A stretch of DNA of 20,000 nt from the sequence record SRR2962707_2693. One strand, written 5' to 3'. This document shows, piece after piece, positions 7,884 through 17,209 of the stretch (position 1 is the first letter of the stretch; each line of letters opens with the position of its first letter). A program made the translations under genes and the position numbers. The notes under the pieces were generated by a model. The model did not search any database. It was not told where the DNA came from and saw nothing but the letters and a program-made list of their open reading frames with translations.

Positions 7884-8189
7884 CTAGTGGCGTTGTTTCT
7901 CATCGTTGTCGGAAATAAGTTCAATGCGCACGCAGGCTGCATTAGCCACTTCTAGTAACGCTTCTGCGTGTTCGCGGAATCCGAATACGGCCTTTTCCAT
8001 GTCTGAGAATGCTTCAGGTTCTTCGGTCTTGAGTCTCCTGAGTGTTTCAGAGTCGCGGGCGAGGGCAATGAGACAAAGACGCCGCTGAGTGCCGATGCCA
8101 TTTCCTCCAGCTACTCGCTCCAGCTCCTGCATGGTGTGGTCGCGAATGTTGGGCTCAAAATACTCTTGGGTGTGTGTGCCTTTGTTCAT
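7884..8189 (-). CDS. Hypothetical protein (101 aa)
   Basis: Co-oriented with int, 15 nt after the previous stop, helical composition. Confidence 0.75.
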   Translation of the reverse strand: MNKGTHTQEYFEPNIRDHTMQELERVAGGNGIGTQRRLCLIALARDSETLRRLKTEEPEAFSDMEKAVFGFREHAEALLEVANAACVRIELISDNDEKQRH

Positions 8190-8204
8190 GGCTCTTCATC
8201 CTTG

Positions 8205-8483
8205 CTACGAATGTAGCTGTTTTTGGCCGGAGATTTCCTTGGCAGCGGCCTCTGCATCAAGGTCGTAAGTCGCGCCAAAATCGCCGGCTAAATAGGATCC
8301 CATGTCGGCCAGCTTTTCGATGTGGCCGAGTGCGCTCAATATGCTGGGGCTGCCCTCTTCGCCGCTGATTTCGTTGTGGTAGGCACTTTTGGCGGCGTGA
8401 CTGATTGCGCGGCATAGTTCTTCCAGGTAGCCCATCTGTTCGCGGCCTAGGGTTGCTGCATCGTACTTGTCGCTTGCGTCCAT
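8205..8483 (-). CDS. Hypothetical protein (92 aa)
   Basis: Starts 24 nt after the integrase stop, SD AAGGGAG. Confidence 0.75.
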   Translation of the reverse strand: MDASDKYDAATLGREQMGYLEELCRAISHAAKSAYHNEISGEEGSPSILSALGHIEKLADMGSYLAGDFGATYDLDAEAAAKEISGQKQLHS

Positions 8484-9021
8484 TCTGCTTGTCTCCCTTG
8501 GGGGTAGTTAAGAGGCTTGCTGCTTCTTGTGGTGGATGGGCACAACCTTCTGCCCGTTCTCCAGGGCGGCGAGATAGCCTCCCCAGTGGTTCATCATTTC
8601 CCGGCGCTCCTCCAGATACTCGGCTCGGTTGTAGGCTGCTCTTACCTTGTTTCGCTCCCCGTGGGAAAGTTGGCGCTCGATGGCGTCGGCCCGGTAGCCC
8701 ATTTCATTGAGTAGGGTGCTGGCGGTGGCGCGGAAACCGTGGGCGGTGACCTTGTAGCCCATGGCGTGGAGAGCCTGCCGCCAAGTGTTGTCGCTGATGG
8801 GCTTGCGGATATTGGAGCGGCCAGGGAATAGCAATTCGGTATTGCCGGTCAGCTCGCGCAGTTGCTCCAGTGTGGCCAAGGTTTGCGGGGAGAGGGGCAC
8901 CAGATGGGGGACGCGCATCTTCATACGCTCGGCGGGCACTTCCCACATGCCGGCCTCTAGGTCGAATTCCTCCCACTTGGCCTGCCGTAGCTCGCCGGGG
9001 CGCACGAAGGTAAGGGCTAGC

Positions 9022-10050
9022 TGTGACCTCTCAGTAGGTTGTTCATTCGGGGCGTACCCAGAAGACTGGAGGTGTAAGACTACGCAACCCTCTAGGAGCC
9101 CCGAATGAACAGCCACCAAAATGCCCGATTAACCGTCCATGGTCGAGCCTTGCTCGTGACTCGCATTCTAGAACACGGTCTGCGGCCCGAGGAGGCCGCC
9201 CAGGCGATGGGCGTGAGCGTGCGCACCGCCTACAAGTGGCTCGCTCGATATCGCCAGGAAGGCTTGCCCGGCCTGGAAAACCGCGCCTCAAGGCCACACC
9301 GATGCCCCCACCAGATTAGCGATGACCAGCGCCAGAGCATCATCAACGCTCGCCGCAAGCGCCGGATCTACCGCCAGATCCATCAGGAGACGGGCATCAG
9401 TGTCAGTACCATCGCCCGCCTGCTGCACCGCGAGGGCCTGAACCGGCTCGCCGCTCTGGAGCCGGCAGAACCGCCCAACCGCTATGAGCGAGAAGCGCCC
9501 GGTGAGTTGCTACACCTGGATATCAAGAAGCTGGGCCGCTTCGACCGGCCCGGCCACCGAGTGACTCGCGATCGGCAGAAAGGCACCTCACGAGGGGCCG
9601 GTTGGGACTACGTGCATGTCGCCATCGACGGCCACAGCCGCATCGCCTGGGCCTGCATCAAGCCCGATGAAACCGGAGCCAGTGCCTGGCGGGCCCTGAT
9701 CGCCGCGGTGCGGTATTACCGCCACCTGGGCATTCGCTTGCGCCGGGTGCTGACCGACAACGGCGCCTGTTATCGCGCCAAGGTCTTTGCGCGAGCCTGT
9801 CAGCGCCTGGGGCTCAAACACACGACAACCCGACCTTACCGGCCACGCACCAACGGCAAGGCCGAAAGGCTGATCCAAACGGCGTTGCATGAGTGGGCCT
9901 ACGCTCGGGCTTATGACAACGCCAATCAGCGGGCGGAATACCTGGTGACCTGGCTACATCAGTACAACTGGCATCGACCCCATTCCAGCCTCGGCTATCA
10001 GCCTCCCGTCAGCCGACTGCCCTTACTGAACAACCTGGTGGCTTTACACA
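9022..10050 (+). mobile_element. IS481-family insertion sequence, 1029 bp
   Basis: TGT...ACA ends, imperfect terminal IRs (TGTG-N10-AGGTTGTTCA), and a 6-bp target duplication GCTAGC at 9016-9021 and 10051-10056. Confidence 0.95.
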
Positions 10051-10055
10051 GCTAG
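9105..10055 (+). CDS. IS481-family DDE transposase
   Basis: MNSHQNARLT start, HTH, LHLDIKKLG, LTDNG, TNGKAER, YNWHRPHSSL. The TAG stop lies in the target duplication. Confidence 0.96.
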   Translation: MNSHQNARLTVHGRALLVTRILEHGLRPEEAAQAMGVSVRTAYKWLARYRQEGLPGLENRASRPHRCPHQISDDQRQSIINARRKRRIYRQIHQETGISVSTIARLLHREGLNRLAALEPAEPPNRYEREAPGELLHLDIKKLGRFDRPGHRVTRDRQKGTSRGAGWDYVHVAIDGHSRIAWACIKPDETGASAWRALIAAVRYYRHLGIRLRRVLTDNGACYRAKVFARACQRLGLKHTTTRPYRPRTNGKAERLIQTALHEWAYARAYDNANQRAEYLVTWLHQYNWHRPHSSLGYQPPVSRLPLLNNLVALHS

Positions 10056-10752
10056 CAGCTTGAGGCCAACGCAGGTCACCGGGGAGGCTCTGTGTTCCTT
10101 CTTGAGGGCTTGTAGGAAGTCCGGTAGCTGTTCCTTGTTCAGGGCGGCAAAGTGGCGCGGTCTGCTTGGTTGGAAGGCGCGCACTAGGCCGGCGGCGGGG
10201 TTGTCCTCATTGCGGCCCGTCACGATCCCGTAGCGGAATACTTCACCACAGGTCTGCCGTAGCCGGTTGGCCCCCCCGGCTTGCATGGCTTTCAGTACCG
10301 CCAGCAATTCGGCGGGGGTGATGTCGGCAATAGGGCGGTGGCCCAGCTCGGGGAAGATATGCTTTTCCAGCCCTTGCAGGGTCTTGGTGGCGTGGCCTTC
10401 TGTCCAGCGGCCTGACGCCTGTATCCCATGCCACTCTCGGGCAACGGCTTCAAAGCTGTCAGCAGTGGCCTTGGCTTGTTCTTGCTTGGCGGCCTTGCGG
10501 GCTTGCCCCGGGTCGGTGCCGGCGGCCAGCAGGGCGCGGGCTTCATCCCGTTTGGCGCGGGCATCGGCCAGCGATACGTCAGGGTAAACGCCAAGGGCTA
10601 GCAGCTTCTCTCTGCCCTGATACCGATACTTCATCCGCCAGTAGCACCCGCCGGCCTTGGTGACTTCCAGGTACATGCCCTTCTCATCGCTGAGGCGGTA
10701 TTTCTTGTCCGCCGGTTTGGCGGCCCGGATCTTGGTATCTGTGAGCGGCATT

Positions 10753-10813
10753 TGGGGGTATGTCCTGTGGGAGTATCAAATGTACCCCCAGATATACCCC
10801 CCCATGTACCCCC
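10753..10813. repeat. Putative integrase arm-type binding sites (proximal end), directly upstream of the int start codon
   Basis: TGGGGGTAT (10753) and TGGGAGTAT (10768), plus inverted copies GTACCCCCA (10782), ATACCCCCC (10794) and GTACCCCC (10806) at 12-bp spacing. Confidence 0.7.
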
Positions 10814-10884
10814 GGATTGCAATAGAGTGGGTTATAGCGGGATAGTGCGGTAAAACGGAGAGTAAATGCCTGTTTTTAGGCAAC

Positions 10885-10908
10885 AAAAAAGCCGCGCTAG
10901 GCAGCTTT
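10885..10908 (-). terminator. Island-supplied ssrA terminator
   Basis: Minus strand AAAGCUGC-CUAGC-GCGGCUUU followed by further Us, 11 nt after the CCA end. Confidence 0.7.
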
Positions 10909-10915
10909 AGAGTTG

Positions 10916-10933
10916 GATTTGGTGGAGCCGGCG
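10916..10933. repeat. att site, proximal copy (overlaps the tmRNA 3' end)
   Basis: Identical to 4910-4927. Confidence 0.92.
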
Positions 10934-11277
10934 GGAATCGAACCCGCGTCCGTCAGCAATCCGCCTGCAGATCTACATGCTTAGCCGTGTCTATTGATTT
11001 AGGCCCTTTCAGCCCGACGGGCAGGACGAAAGAGCCGAGCCCCTTTAAGTTTTAACAGCGCGGCCCGGGGCGGACTTTGCTGCGAGCCTGTGTAGCGATG
11101 CCGGTCGCGCTTCCCCACAGGCTGGGTCGCTTGACCGTAGGCAGGCCTTAGGCCGCCAGTGCGTAAGTATCGTCGTTTGCGATTACTTTAAAGATGCCAC
11201 AAATGTTTTACGAGACTCGTGACCTTCTCGGCATGCACCACAGAGTTCAATACCGGCGTCGAAACCTTGTCGGCCCC
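10920..11277 (-). ncRNA. ssrA: tmRNA
   Basis: 5' GGGGCCG, 3' GGTTCGATTCCCGCCGGCTCCACCA, G-U alanine acceptor stem, tag ANDDTYALAA-stop at 11180-11148, close to smpB. Confidence 0.98.
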
Positions 11278-11287
11278 AGGGTGGCGT

Positions 11288-11316
11288 AGTGTACGAGATG
11301 GGGGCAAAGAAGTCGA
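11288..11316 (-). promoter_or_regulatory. Putative sigma70 promoter of ssrA
   Basis: TCGACT-17 nt-TACACT, 10 nt before the mature 5' end. Confidence 0.55.
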
Positions 11317-11577
11317 AAACAAGTGGCGGGAAGGCGTGTTACAGAGCTTTACATAAATTGTCGAACAATCGTACATATTGTCATGGTTGTGTCGTCGGAC
11401 GGGCGCATTATGGGCCCGTCGCACGGGGTGCGGCTGGGTGTGCCGACGGGCCAGGCGCCAAAAGCGAAGGGCTGCGGGGACACCCATGTGATCCACACGA
11501 TGACTTACAGCGAGCCCCCAATCAGACTGAGAAAGTGGCCGTTGATCAAGGCATCGTCATTCATTGAGGAGAAAACG

Positions 11578-11862
11578 ATGAAGACGATCTTTCGGTCAGC
11601 CAAAGAGGGTGCCACCTATTTGCTGGCTCCAATAACCGCGCGGCCCTTGCTGGCCCGTAGTTTGCAGTTACTGCTGGTGCTCTGTGCCTATGGCGCGGGT
11701 GTGCTGCTGGTGGAACGGGTTTCCGGAGATGCCCGGGTGCCGGTGATTCTGTTCGCGGTGTACTTCCTGCCGGCGGTGCTGCGCTCCTGGTTGCTGTTCT
11801 ACTGGTGTGTCCGTGACGAGGTAAAGGCGCTGATGGCTAACCATCGCCACACTGCCTCCTGA
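11578..11862 (+). CDS. Small membrane protein, 94 aa
   Basis: SD GAGGAG before the ATG at 11578 and two hydrophobic segments. The track start at 11323 is over-extended. Confidence 0.7.
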   Translation: MKTIFRSAKEGATYLLAPITARPLLARSLQLLLVLCAYGAGVLLVERVSGDARVPVILFAVYFLPAVLRSWLLFYWCVRDEVKALMANHRHTAS

Positions 11863-11925
11863 CCGTTCCGCACTGCCTGATCAACGCGCCTCAGCGTCGC
11901 GACTATCGATGTACGATGATAGGCG

Positions 11926-12402
11926 CTAGTTGCGGCGCAAGAGGCGTTGTTTCTGGCGGTTCCAGTCGCGTTCCCGCTCGGTGGCGCGCTTGTCGAACTT
12001 CTGCTTCCCTTTGGCCAGGGCGATGTCCAGCTTGGCCAGCCCGCGCTTCCAGTACAGACTCACCGGAACGCAGGTGTAGCCGTCCTTTTGCACACCACTG
12101 AAGATGCGGGCCAGCTCGCGTCGGTGCAGGAGCAGCTTGCGGTTGCGCAGCGGGTCCGGGGTGATGTGGGTGCTGGCGGTGGGGAGTGGTTCGATGCGGG
12201 CGCCGAACAGGTAGGCCTCCCCGTCGCGGAGCAGGATGTAGGCCTCCGACAGGTTGGCTTTCCCTTCACGCAGGGATTTCACTTCCCAGCCTTCCAGCGC
12301 CAGTCCGGCCTCGAAGTGCTCTTCCAGGTGGTAGTCGAAGCGCGCCTTGCGGTTCTGCGCCACGGTGCTGGATGGTGTTTTCGCTTTTTTCGCTTTGCCC
12401 AT
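11926..12402 (-). CDS. smpB: SsrA-binding protein
   Basis: [47 protein letters not shown]. Start MGKAKK at 12402. Confidence 0.98.
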   Translation of the reverse strand: MGKAKKAKTPSSTVAQNRKARFDYHLEEHFEAGLALEGWEVKSLREGKANLSEAYILLRDGEAYLFGARIEPLPTASTHITPDPLRNRKLLLHRRELARIFSGVQKDGYTCVPVSLYWKRGLAKLDIALAKGKQKFDKRATERERDWNRQKQRLLRRN

Positions 12403-12411
12403 GGGGGCGCG

Positions 12412-12417
12412 ATTATA
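12412..12417 (-). promoter_or_regulatory. -10 box of smpB (near-leaderless transcript)
   Basis: Perfect TATAAT 9 nt upstream of the ATG, with no SD in between. Confidence 0.6.
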
Positions 12418-12542
12418 GAGACAGCCCGGTGCTTTAGCGAGCGTCATTGGCATGCCGGCATGGACGGCCTGCGGTTTTGCGGCTTGAGCGCCTGTCGCAA
12501 AATCAACACAATGATCGCATTTCACCAAGGGGTAAGGTTTGC

Positions 12543-13943
12543 ATGAAGCAAGGTGACAAGCCGGTCCACGGCATGTGGACCAGCCGGTGGGCGTTTATTC
12601 TCGCGGCTACCGGATCCGCCGTCGGGCTCGGCAATATCTGGAAGTTCCCGTATTTCGCCGGGGAATATGGCGGTGGCGCCTTCGTGCTGGTCTATCTGCT
12701 GTGTATCGCTCTGGTCGGTGTGCCGATCATGGTGGCGGAGGTGATGCTCGGGCGCAAAGGCGGCATGAGCCCGGTGCATACGATGAAAAAGCTGGCGGCG
12801 GAGAGCAAGGTGAGCCGCCGCTGGGCCGGGATCGGTTACATGGGAGCCCTGGCCGGGTTCCTGATCTTGTCGTTCTATTCGGTGATCGCTGGCTGGACGC
12901 TCTATTACATCTGGGACATGGCCCAGGGAGGTTTCCAGGGCATCTCCGCCGCCGGCTCTCTGGCCCATTTCGAGGGGATGCAGGCGAACGCCTGGTTGAT
13001 GTTGGGTTGTCACACCGCCTTTATGGTTCTGACCATGTGGGTGGTGGCCCGTGGCGTCAGCCGGGGGTTGGAAAAAGCGGTGCAGGTGCTGATGCCGCTG
13101 CTGTTCGTGCTGCTGATTGGCCTGGTGGTTTACGCCAGCACCACGCCGGGGTTCGCCCAGGGCGTGAACTTCATGTTCCACTTCGATTTCTCCAAGCTCT
13201 CCGGCGAGGCGGTAATGGCCGCTCTGGGGCAGGCGTTTTTCACCCTGAGCCTGGGGATGGGCGCGATCATGGTGTACGGCGCCTATATGCCCCGTGAGGT
13301 CCAGGATCGCCGTACCGGCAAGACCCGGCGGGTGTCGATCGTCTCCACCGTGGGGATCATCGCGTTACTGGACACGCTGGTGGCGCTGGGAGCGGGTTTG
13401 GTGATTTTTCCGGTGGTGTTCAGCAATGGCCTGGAGCCTTCTCAAGGGCCGGGGTTGCTGTTCGTGACCCTGCCGTTGGCGTTCGGTCAGATGCCTGCTG
13501 GCGTCATTGTCGGGACGGTGTTCTTCGTGCTGGTGATGTGCTCGGCGCTGAGTTCCTCGATTTCCCTGGGTGAGCCGATGGTGGCCTGGCTGGTGGAGCG
13601 GGGGCTGGGACGGCCGCTGGCGGCCTTGGCCGTGGGGCTGACGGCCTGGGTGATCGGTGTTGGCACGGTGCTGTCGTTCAATTACTGGAAGGACGTGACC
13701 TTCCTGGTGGGCACCTTCTTCCAGAACATCGATTTCCTCGCCTCCAGCCTGATGTTGCCCCTGGGGGGGCTGTCGATTGCCATTTTCGCCGGCTGGGTCA
13801 TGAAGGAAACGCAGGCCCGCAAGGAGTTGGCGATGAAGAGCTTCGGGCTGTACATGGTATGGCGGGCGGTGGTGCGTATTGTCGCGCCACTGGCGGTGGC
13901 GGCGGTATTCCTCAATGCTCTGATCGGCGTCCTGGGAGGTTAG
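12543..13943 (+). CDS. Sodium-dependent transporter, SNF/NSS family
   Basis: [43 protein letters not shown]. Likely start is the ATG at 12543. Confidence 0.95.
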   Translation: MKQGDKPVHGMWTSRWAFILAATGSAVGLGNIWKFPYFAGEYGGGAFVLVYLLCIALVGVPIMVAEVMLGRKGGMSPVHTMKKLAAESKVSRRWAGIGYMGALAGFLILSFYSVIAGWTLYYIWDMAQGGFQGISAAGSLAHFEGMQANAWLMLGCHTAFMVLTMWVVARGVSRGLEKAVQVLMPLLFVLLIGLVVYASTTPGFAQGVNFMFHFDFSKLSGEAVMAALGQAFFTLSLGMGAIMVYGAYMPREVQDRRTGKTRRVSIVSTVGIIALLDTLVALGAGLVIFPVVFSNGLEPSQGPGLLFVTLPLAFGQMPAGVIVGTVFFVLVMCSALSSSISLGEPMVAWLVERGLGRPLAALAVGLTAWVIGVGTVLSFNYWKDVTFLVGTFFQNIDFLASSLMLPLGGLSIAIFAGWVMKETQARKELAMKSFGLYMVWRAVVRIVAPLAVAAVFLNALIGVLGG

Positions 13944-13947
13944 GCCC

Positions 13948-14244
13948 ATGGCTGGGACTATTCGCGTCGAAGTGGTTTACGCCTTGCCGGAGAAGCAGAA
14001 GCTGATCGCGGTGGAGGTGCCGGAGGGCGCTTCCATGCTGGATGCCGTGACCGCTTCGGGTATTGCCGAGCATTTCGATGGGCTGGATCCGGCGAGGGTC
14101 AGCATGGGGGTGTTTGGCAAGGTCGAGCCGAATCCGGCGGGGCGCAGGCTGGCGGAAGGGGAGCGGGTGGAAATCTACCGGCCGCTTAAAGCGGATCCGA
14201 AATCAGCACGCCGGGCCAGGGCCCGGCGTGCCAGCCAAGGCTGA
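13948..14244 (+). CDS. ratB: RnfH/RatB (UPF0125) ubiquitin-fold protein
   Basis: IRVEVVYALPEKQ, SGI, GVFGK, RVEIYRPLKADPK; syntenic position next to bamE. Confidence 0.92.
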   Translation: MAGTIRVEVVYALPEKQKLIAVEVPEGASMLDAVTASGIAEHFDGLDPARVSMGVFGKVEPNPAGRRLAEGERVEIYRPLKADPKSARRARARRASQG

Positions 14245-14251
14245 GATTGGA

Positions 14252-14677
14252 TCAGTTGGCGGCTTCCTGGCGCCGGTCCTCGGCGCGCCGCAGCAATTCT
14301 TGATCCTGGTGGCCGGAGGTGCGCTCGCGCAGATCGCTGGTGACCTGGCCGTCGTAATGACTGTAGTGTCCCTGGTCGAAATGCACCACGATCTGTTGTT
14401 CCACCATCTCCCCGTTACCCGGCTGGTACTGCAGCAGGTAATACCAGGTGTTGGGGGTGAACGGGTCGGTCAGCGTGGGCGGACCGAGCACGAAGCGAAC
14501 CTGCTCGGGGGTCATGCCCGGTCGCAGGCCGGACAACATATCCTCGGTGACCACATTCCCCTGGGGAATGTCGATGCGGTACACCCCCGGGAAGCGCAGG
14601 GAGCTGCAACCGGCCAGCAGGGTGGTCAATATGGCAAAAAGGGCGATGATCCTTGGCATGGGTTTTCGACTTGGCAT
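14252..14677 (-). CDS. bamE: Outer membrane assembly lipoprotein BamE/OmlA
   Basis: Lipobox LAGC, YRIDIPQGN, GMTPEQVRFVLGPP, WYY. Alternative start at 14659. Confidence 0.95.
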   Translation of the reverse strand: MPSRKPMPRIIALFAILTTLLAGCSSLRFPGVYRIDIPQGNVVTEDMLSGLRPGMTPEQVRFVLGPPTLTDPFTPNTWYYLLQYQPGNGEMVEQQIVVHFDQGHYSHYDGQVTSDLRERTSGHQDQELLRRAEDRRQEAAN

Positions 14678-14768
14678 AATGTTCGGGCGATAATACAGAC
14701 TTGAACGGGGGGAACAAGGTTCCCTGAAAGTCAGGCGATCCCCAAAAGGCGGCTACGGAGCAAGTACA

Positions 14769-15173
14769 TTGGATAATCAGGATCTTAGAAAGGCTGGGCT
14801 CAAGGTGACCTTGCCGAGGGTGAAAATCCTTCAGCAACTGGAATCCTCCGATTCCCGGCATCTCAGCGCGGAAGACATCTACAAGGCGCTGATGGAGGCC
14901 GGCGAGGATGTGGGGCTGGCCACCGTCTATCGGGTGCTCACTCAATTCGAGCAGGCGGGCATCGTATTGCGCCACAACTTCGAGGGAGGCTCCGCCGTAT
15001 TCGAGCTGGCCGATGAAGGCCACCATGATCATATGGTCTGCACCGAGACCGGTGAGGTGATCGAGTTCGTCGATGAGGAAATCGAGAAGCGTCAAAAGAT
15101 GATCGCCGACAAGCACGGCTACGACATCGTCGACCACGCCCTGGTGTTGTACGTTAAGCCGAAGCGCAAATAA
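14769..15173 (+). CDS. fur: Ferric uptake regulator
   Basis: LRKAGLKVTLPR, GLATVYRVL, HHDHMVC. TTG start with SD GGAG. Confidence 0.98.
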   Translation: MDNQDLRKAGLKVTLPRVKILQQLESSDSRHLSAEDIYKALMEAGEDVGLATVYRVLTQFEQAGIVLRHNFEGGSAVFELADEGHHDHMVCTETGEVIEFVDEEIEKRQKMIADKHGYDIVDHALVLYVKPKRK

Positions 15174-15260
15174 CCGATCGGCCCAGGCCCGGTTCACCGC
15201 CAGCCAGCCCGCCGCCGCATAGCGGCGCCACGCCCGCAAGCCCCGCTCCCCGACCCAATC

Positions 15261-15293
15261 CCCGTGCCTCAGGGCACGGGCGGTGGGGTTTTG
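15261..15293. terminator. Hairpin between the convergent fur and recN genes
   Basis: CCCGTGCC-TCAG-GGCACGGG followed by GGGGTTTT. Confidence 0.4.
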
Positions 15294-16964
15294 TCAGGCC
15301 ACTTCCTGACCCTTCTCGAGCATTTCCCGGGCATGGGCCAGGGTGGAGTCGGTGATTTCCACGCCACCCAGCATCCGCGCCAGTTCCTCCACCCGGGCAT
15401 CCGGGGCGAGGGGCTGGATGCGGGTGCGGGTGGTGCTCTTGCCCTGAATTTTGTGCACTTGCCAGTGCTGGTGTCCCTGGCTGGCCACTTGCGCCTGGTG
15501 GGTGATGCACAGTATCTGGGCGTGTTCGCCCAGTTCCCGCAGCAGGCGGCCGACGATTTCGGCCACCCCGCCACCGACCCCCACATCCACTTCATCGAAC
15601 ACCAGGCTGGGCACCGTCAGGTTGCGCGCGCAAATCACCTGGATTGCCAGGCTGACCCGGGACAATTCGCCGCCGGAAGCGACCTTGGCCAGCGGCCGTA
15701 ATGGCTGCCCGGGATTGGCGGAAAAACGGAATTCCACCAGATCCAGGCCTTCGGCGCCGGGGCTGTCGTCTTCCACCACGGTTTCCAGTCTGGCGGCTTT
15801 CATGCCCAGGGCCTTGAGCTGGGTGGCGATCTGACGAGTGAGTGTGGTGGCGGCGGTCTTGCGGGCCTTGCTGAGCTTGCGGGCTTCGCTCATGTAATGT
15901 TCCTGGGCATCTTGCTCCGCTTTGGCCAGGGCCTCCAGGTGCTCATCGAAGTGCTCCAGGGTGTCCACTTCCCGGGCCAGTTGCTGGTGATGCTCCACCA
16001 GTTCTTCCGGGCGCACCCGGTGTTTGCGGGCCAGGCTGTAGGCCTGCCCCAGGCGCTCTTCCACTTGCGCCAGCCGCTCCGGGTCCAGGTCCAGGCGGTC
16101 CAGATAGTGACGCAGGGCTTCGGCGGCCGCTTCCACCTGCAGGCGGGCGGATTCCACCGTGTCCAAAGCTTCCGACAAAGCGTTGTCGTGGTCGCGGGCT
16201 TCTTCCAGCCAGTGGCGGATCTGGCCCAGCTGATCGTTACAGGTGCCTTCCTCGCCGTCGTACAGGGCCGCCACGGATTGCTGGCACAGGCGGATCAGGG
16301 CGTCGGCGTGGCCCAGGCGTTGTTGTTCCTGATCCAGCTCCGCCAATTCGCCTTCGGCCAGAGACAGGGCGTCCAATTCGTCCAGTTGGAAGCGCAGCAG
16401 TTCCTGGCGCTCGTTCTGTTCGCGGGCGCCGGTGAGAGCCTGGTCGTGCTCCTGGCGGGCCTGTTGCCACTGGCGCCAGGCGTTTCGCACGGAAGCCGCC
16501 AGATCGCTGGCGCCGGCGAAATTGTCGAGCAGTTGGCGGTGAGTGTCCCGATGCAGCAGGGCCTGGTGTTCATGCTGGCTGTGAATGCTGATCAGCAACT
16601 CGCCGAGCTGACGCACGTCGGCCAGGGGGGCCGGCGTGCCGTTGATATAGGCCCGGGAGCGGCCGTCGGCACGGACCGTGCGGCGCAGCAGGCAGTCATC
16701 GCCGTTATCCAGTTCCCGCTCTTCCAGCCAGGCCCTGGCCTGGGCGTGGTTGGCCACGGTGAAACTGGCCAGCACTTCCGCCCGTTCGCAGCCCGGCCGA
16801 ACCACGGCGGAATCCGCCCGTTCTCCCAGGGTCAGGGAAAGGGCATCGATCAGTACGGATTTGCCGGCGCCGGTCTCGCCGCTGATGACGGTGAGGCCGG
16901 ATTCCGGTTCCAGCTCGAGTTGATCGACGGTGGCGAAATGGCGAACGCTCAAGTGAGTGAGCAT
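15294..16964 (-). CDS. recN: DNA repair protein RecN
   Basis: GETGAGKS, SQHEHQ, KVASGGELSR, FDEVDVG, ELARMLGG. Start MLTHL at 16964. Confidence 0.97.
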   Translation of the reverse strand: MLTHLSVRHFATVDQLELEPESGLTVISGETGAGKSVLIDALSLTLGERADSAVVRPGCERAEVLASFTVANHAQARAWLEERELDNGDDCLLRRTVRADGRSRAYINGTPAPLADVRQLGELLISIHSQHEHQALLHRDTHRQLLDNFAGASDLAASVRNAWRQWQQARQEHDQALTGAREQNERQELLRFQLDELDALSLAEGELAELDQEQQRLGHADALIRLCQQSVAALYDGEEGTCNDQLGQIRHWLEEARDHDNALSEALDTVESARLQVEAAAEALRHYLDRLDLDPERLAQVEERLGQAYSLARKHRVRPEELVEHHQQLAREVDTLEHFDEHLEALAKAEQDAQEHYMSEARKLSKARKTAATTLTRQIATQLKALGMKAARLETVVEDDSPGAEGLDLVEFRFSANPGQPLRPLAKVASGGELSRVSLAIQVICARNLTVPSLVFDEVDVGVGGGVAEIVGRLLRELGEHAQILCITHQAQVASQGHQHWQVHKIQGKSTTRTRIQPLAPDARVEELARMLGGVEITDSTLAHAREMLEKGQEVA

Positions 16965-17041
16965 GTACGGAACCCCCGTGTTTCCTGGTTTGGGCGTTTG
17001 TAGCGGGTGGCGCGGCGGTACTCGCCGCGCGGCTCGGACAA

Positions 17042-17057
17042 CTGTTATTCTGACCAG
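17042..17057. promoter_or_regulatory. LexA (SOS) box upstream of recN
   Basis: CTGTTATTCTGACCAG fits CTG-N10-CAG; recN is a canonical LexA target. Confidence 0.8.
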
Positions 17058-17209
17058 TGCCTCGTTGATGTTAGGCGATTCCGGCCGCGAGCGTAAGAGC
17101 AAGGTGAAGAGGAGTAACACTGGACGGCGACCGTTTCGCTGGCAACAATCGGCAATGGGTGGGCGCTCCGCCCATCCCGATTGGCAGTAATGGGTGACGA
17201 AAGGCAGCT

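Larger units (their letters stand above)
8508..10751 (-). pseudogene. P4-family tyrosine integrase interrupted by an IS (402 aa when rejoined)
   Basis: N-part MPLTDTKIRAAKPADKKYRLSDEKGMYLEV (arm-binding domain), 10751-10051. C-part 9015-8508 carries VRPGE, TAHGFR, QLSH, AAYNRAEY. Excising the IS and one target copy restores ..GLKLLALTFVRPGE.. in frame (1209 nt). Confidence 0.95.
4910..10933 (-). mobile_element. ~6.0 kb tmRNA-targeting integrative island, phage-satellite-like (int / alpA / HTH)
   Basis: Flanking 18-bp direct repeats, P4-type integrase adjacent to the ssrA 3' end, AlpA-like gene, all genes co-oriented, lower GC and CTAG-rich. Confidence 0.92.

Noticed and set aside
8508-9119. 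203-aa stand-alone integrase
   Set aside because: The first ~33 codons come from the IS end; it is the C-terminal fragment of the split gene.
10920-10955. tRNA gene
   Set aside because: The T-arm and CCA belong to the tRNA-like domain of tmRNA; there is no anticodon arm.
14678-14768. Fur box in the bamE-fur intergenic region
   Set aside because: Only a partial GATAAT half-site; no 19-bp consensus.
16965-17209. Absence of nadK between recN and hrcA/grpE
   Set aside because: Gene order here varies among gammaproteobacteria (Pseudomonas also lacks it at this site), and no remnant is visible.
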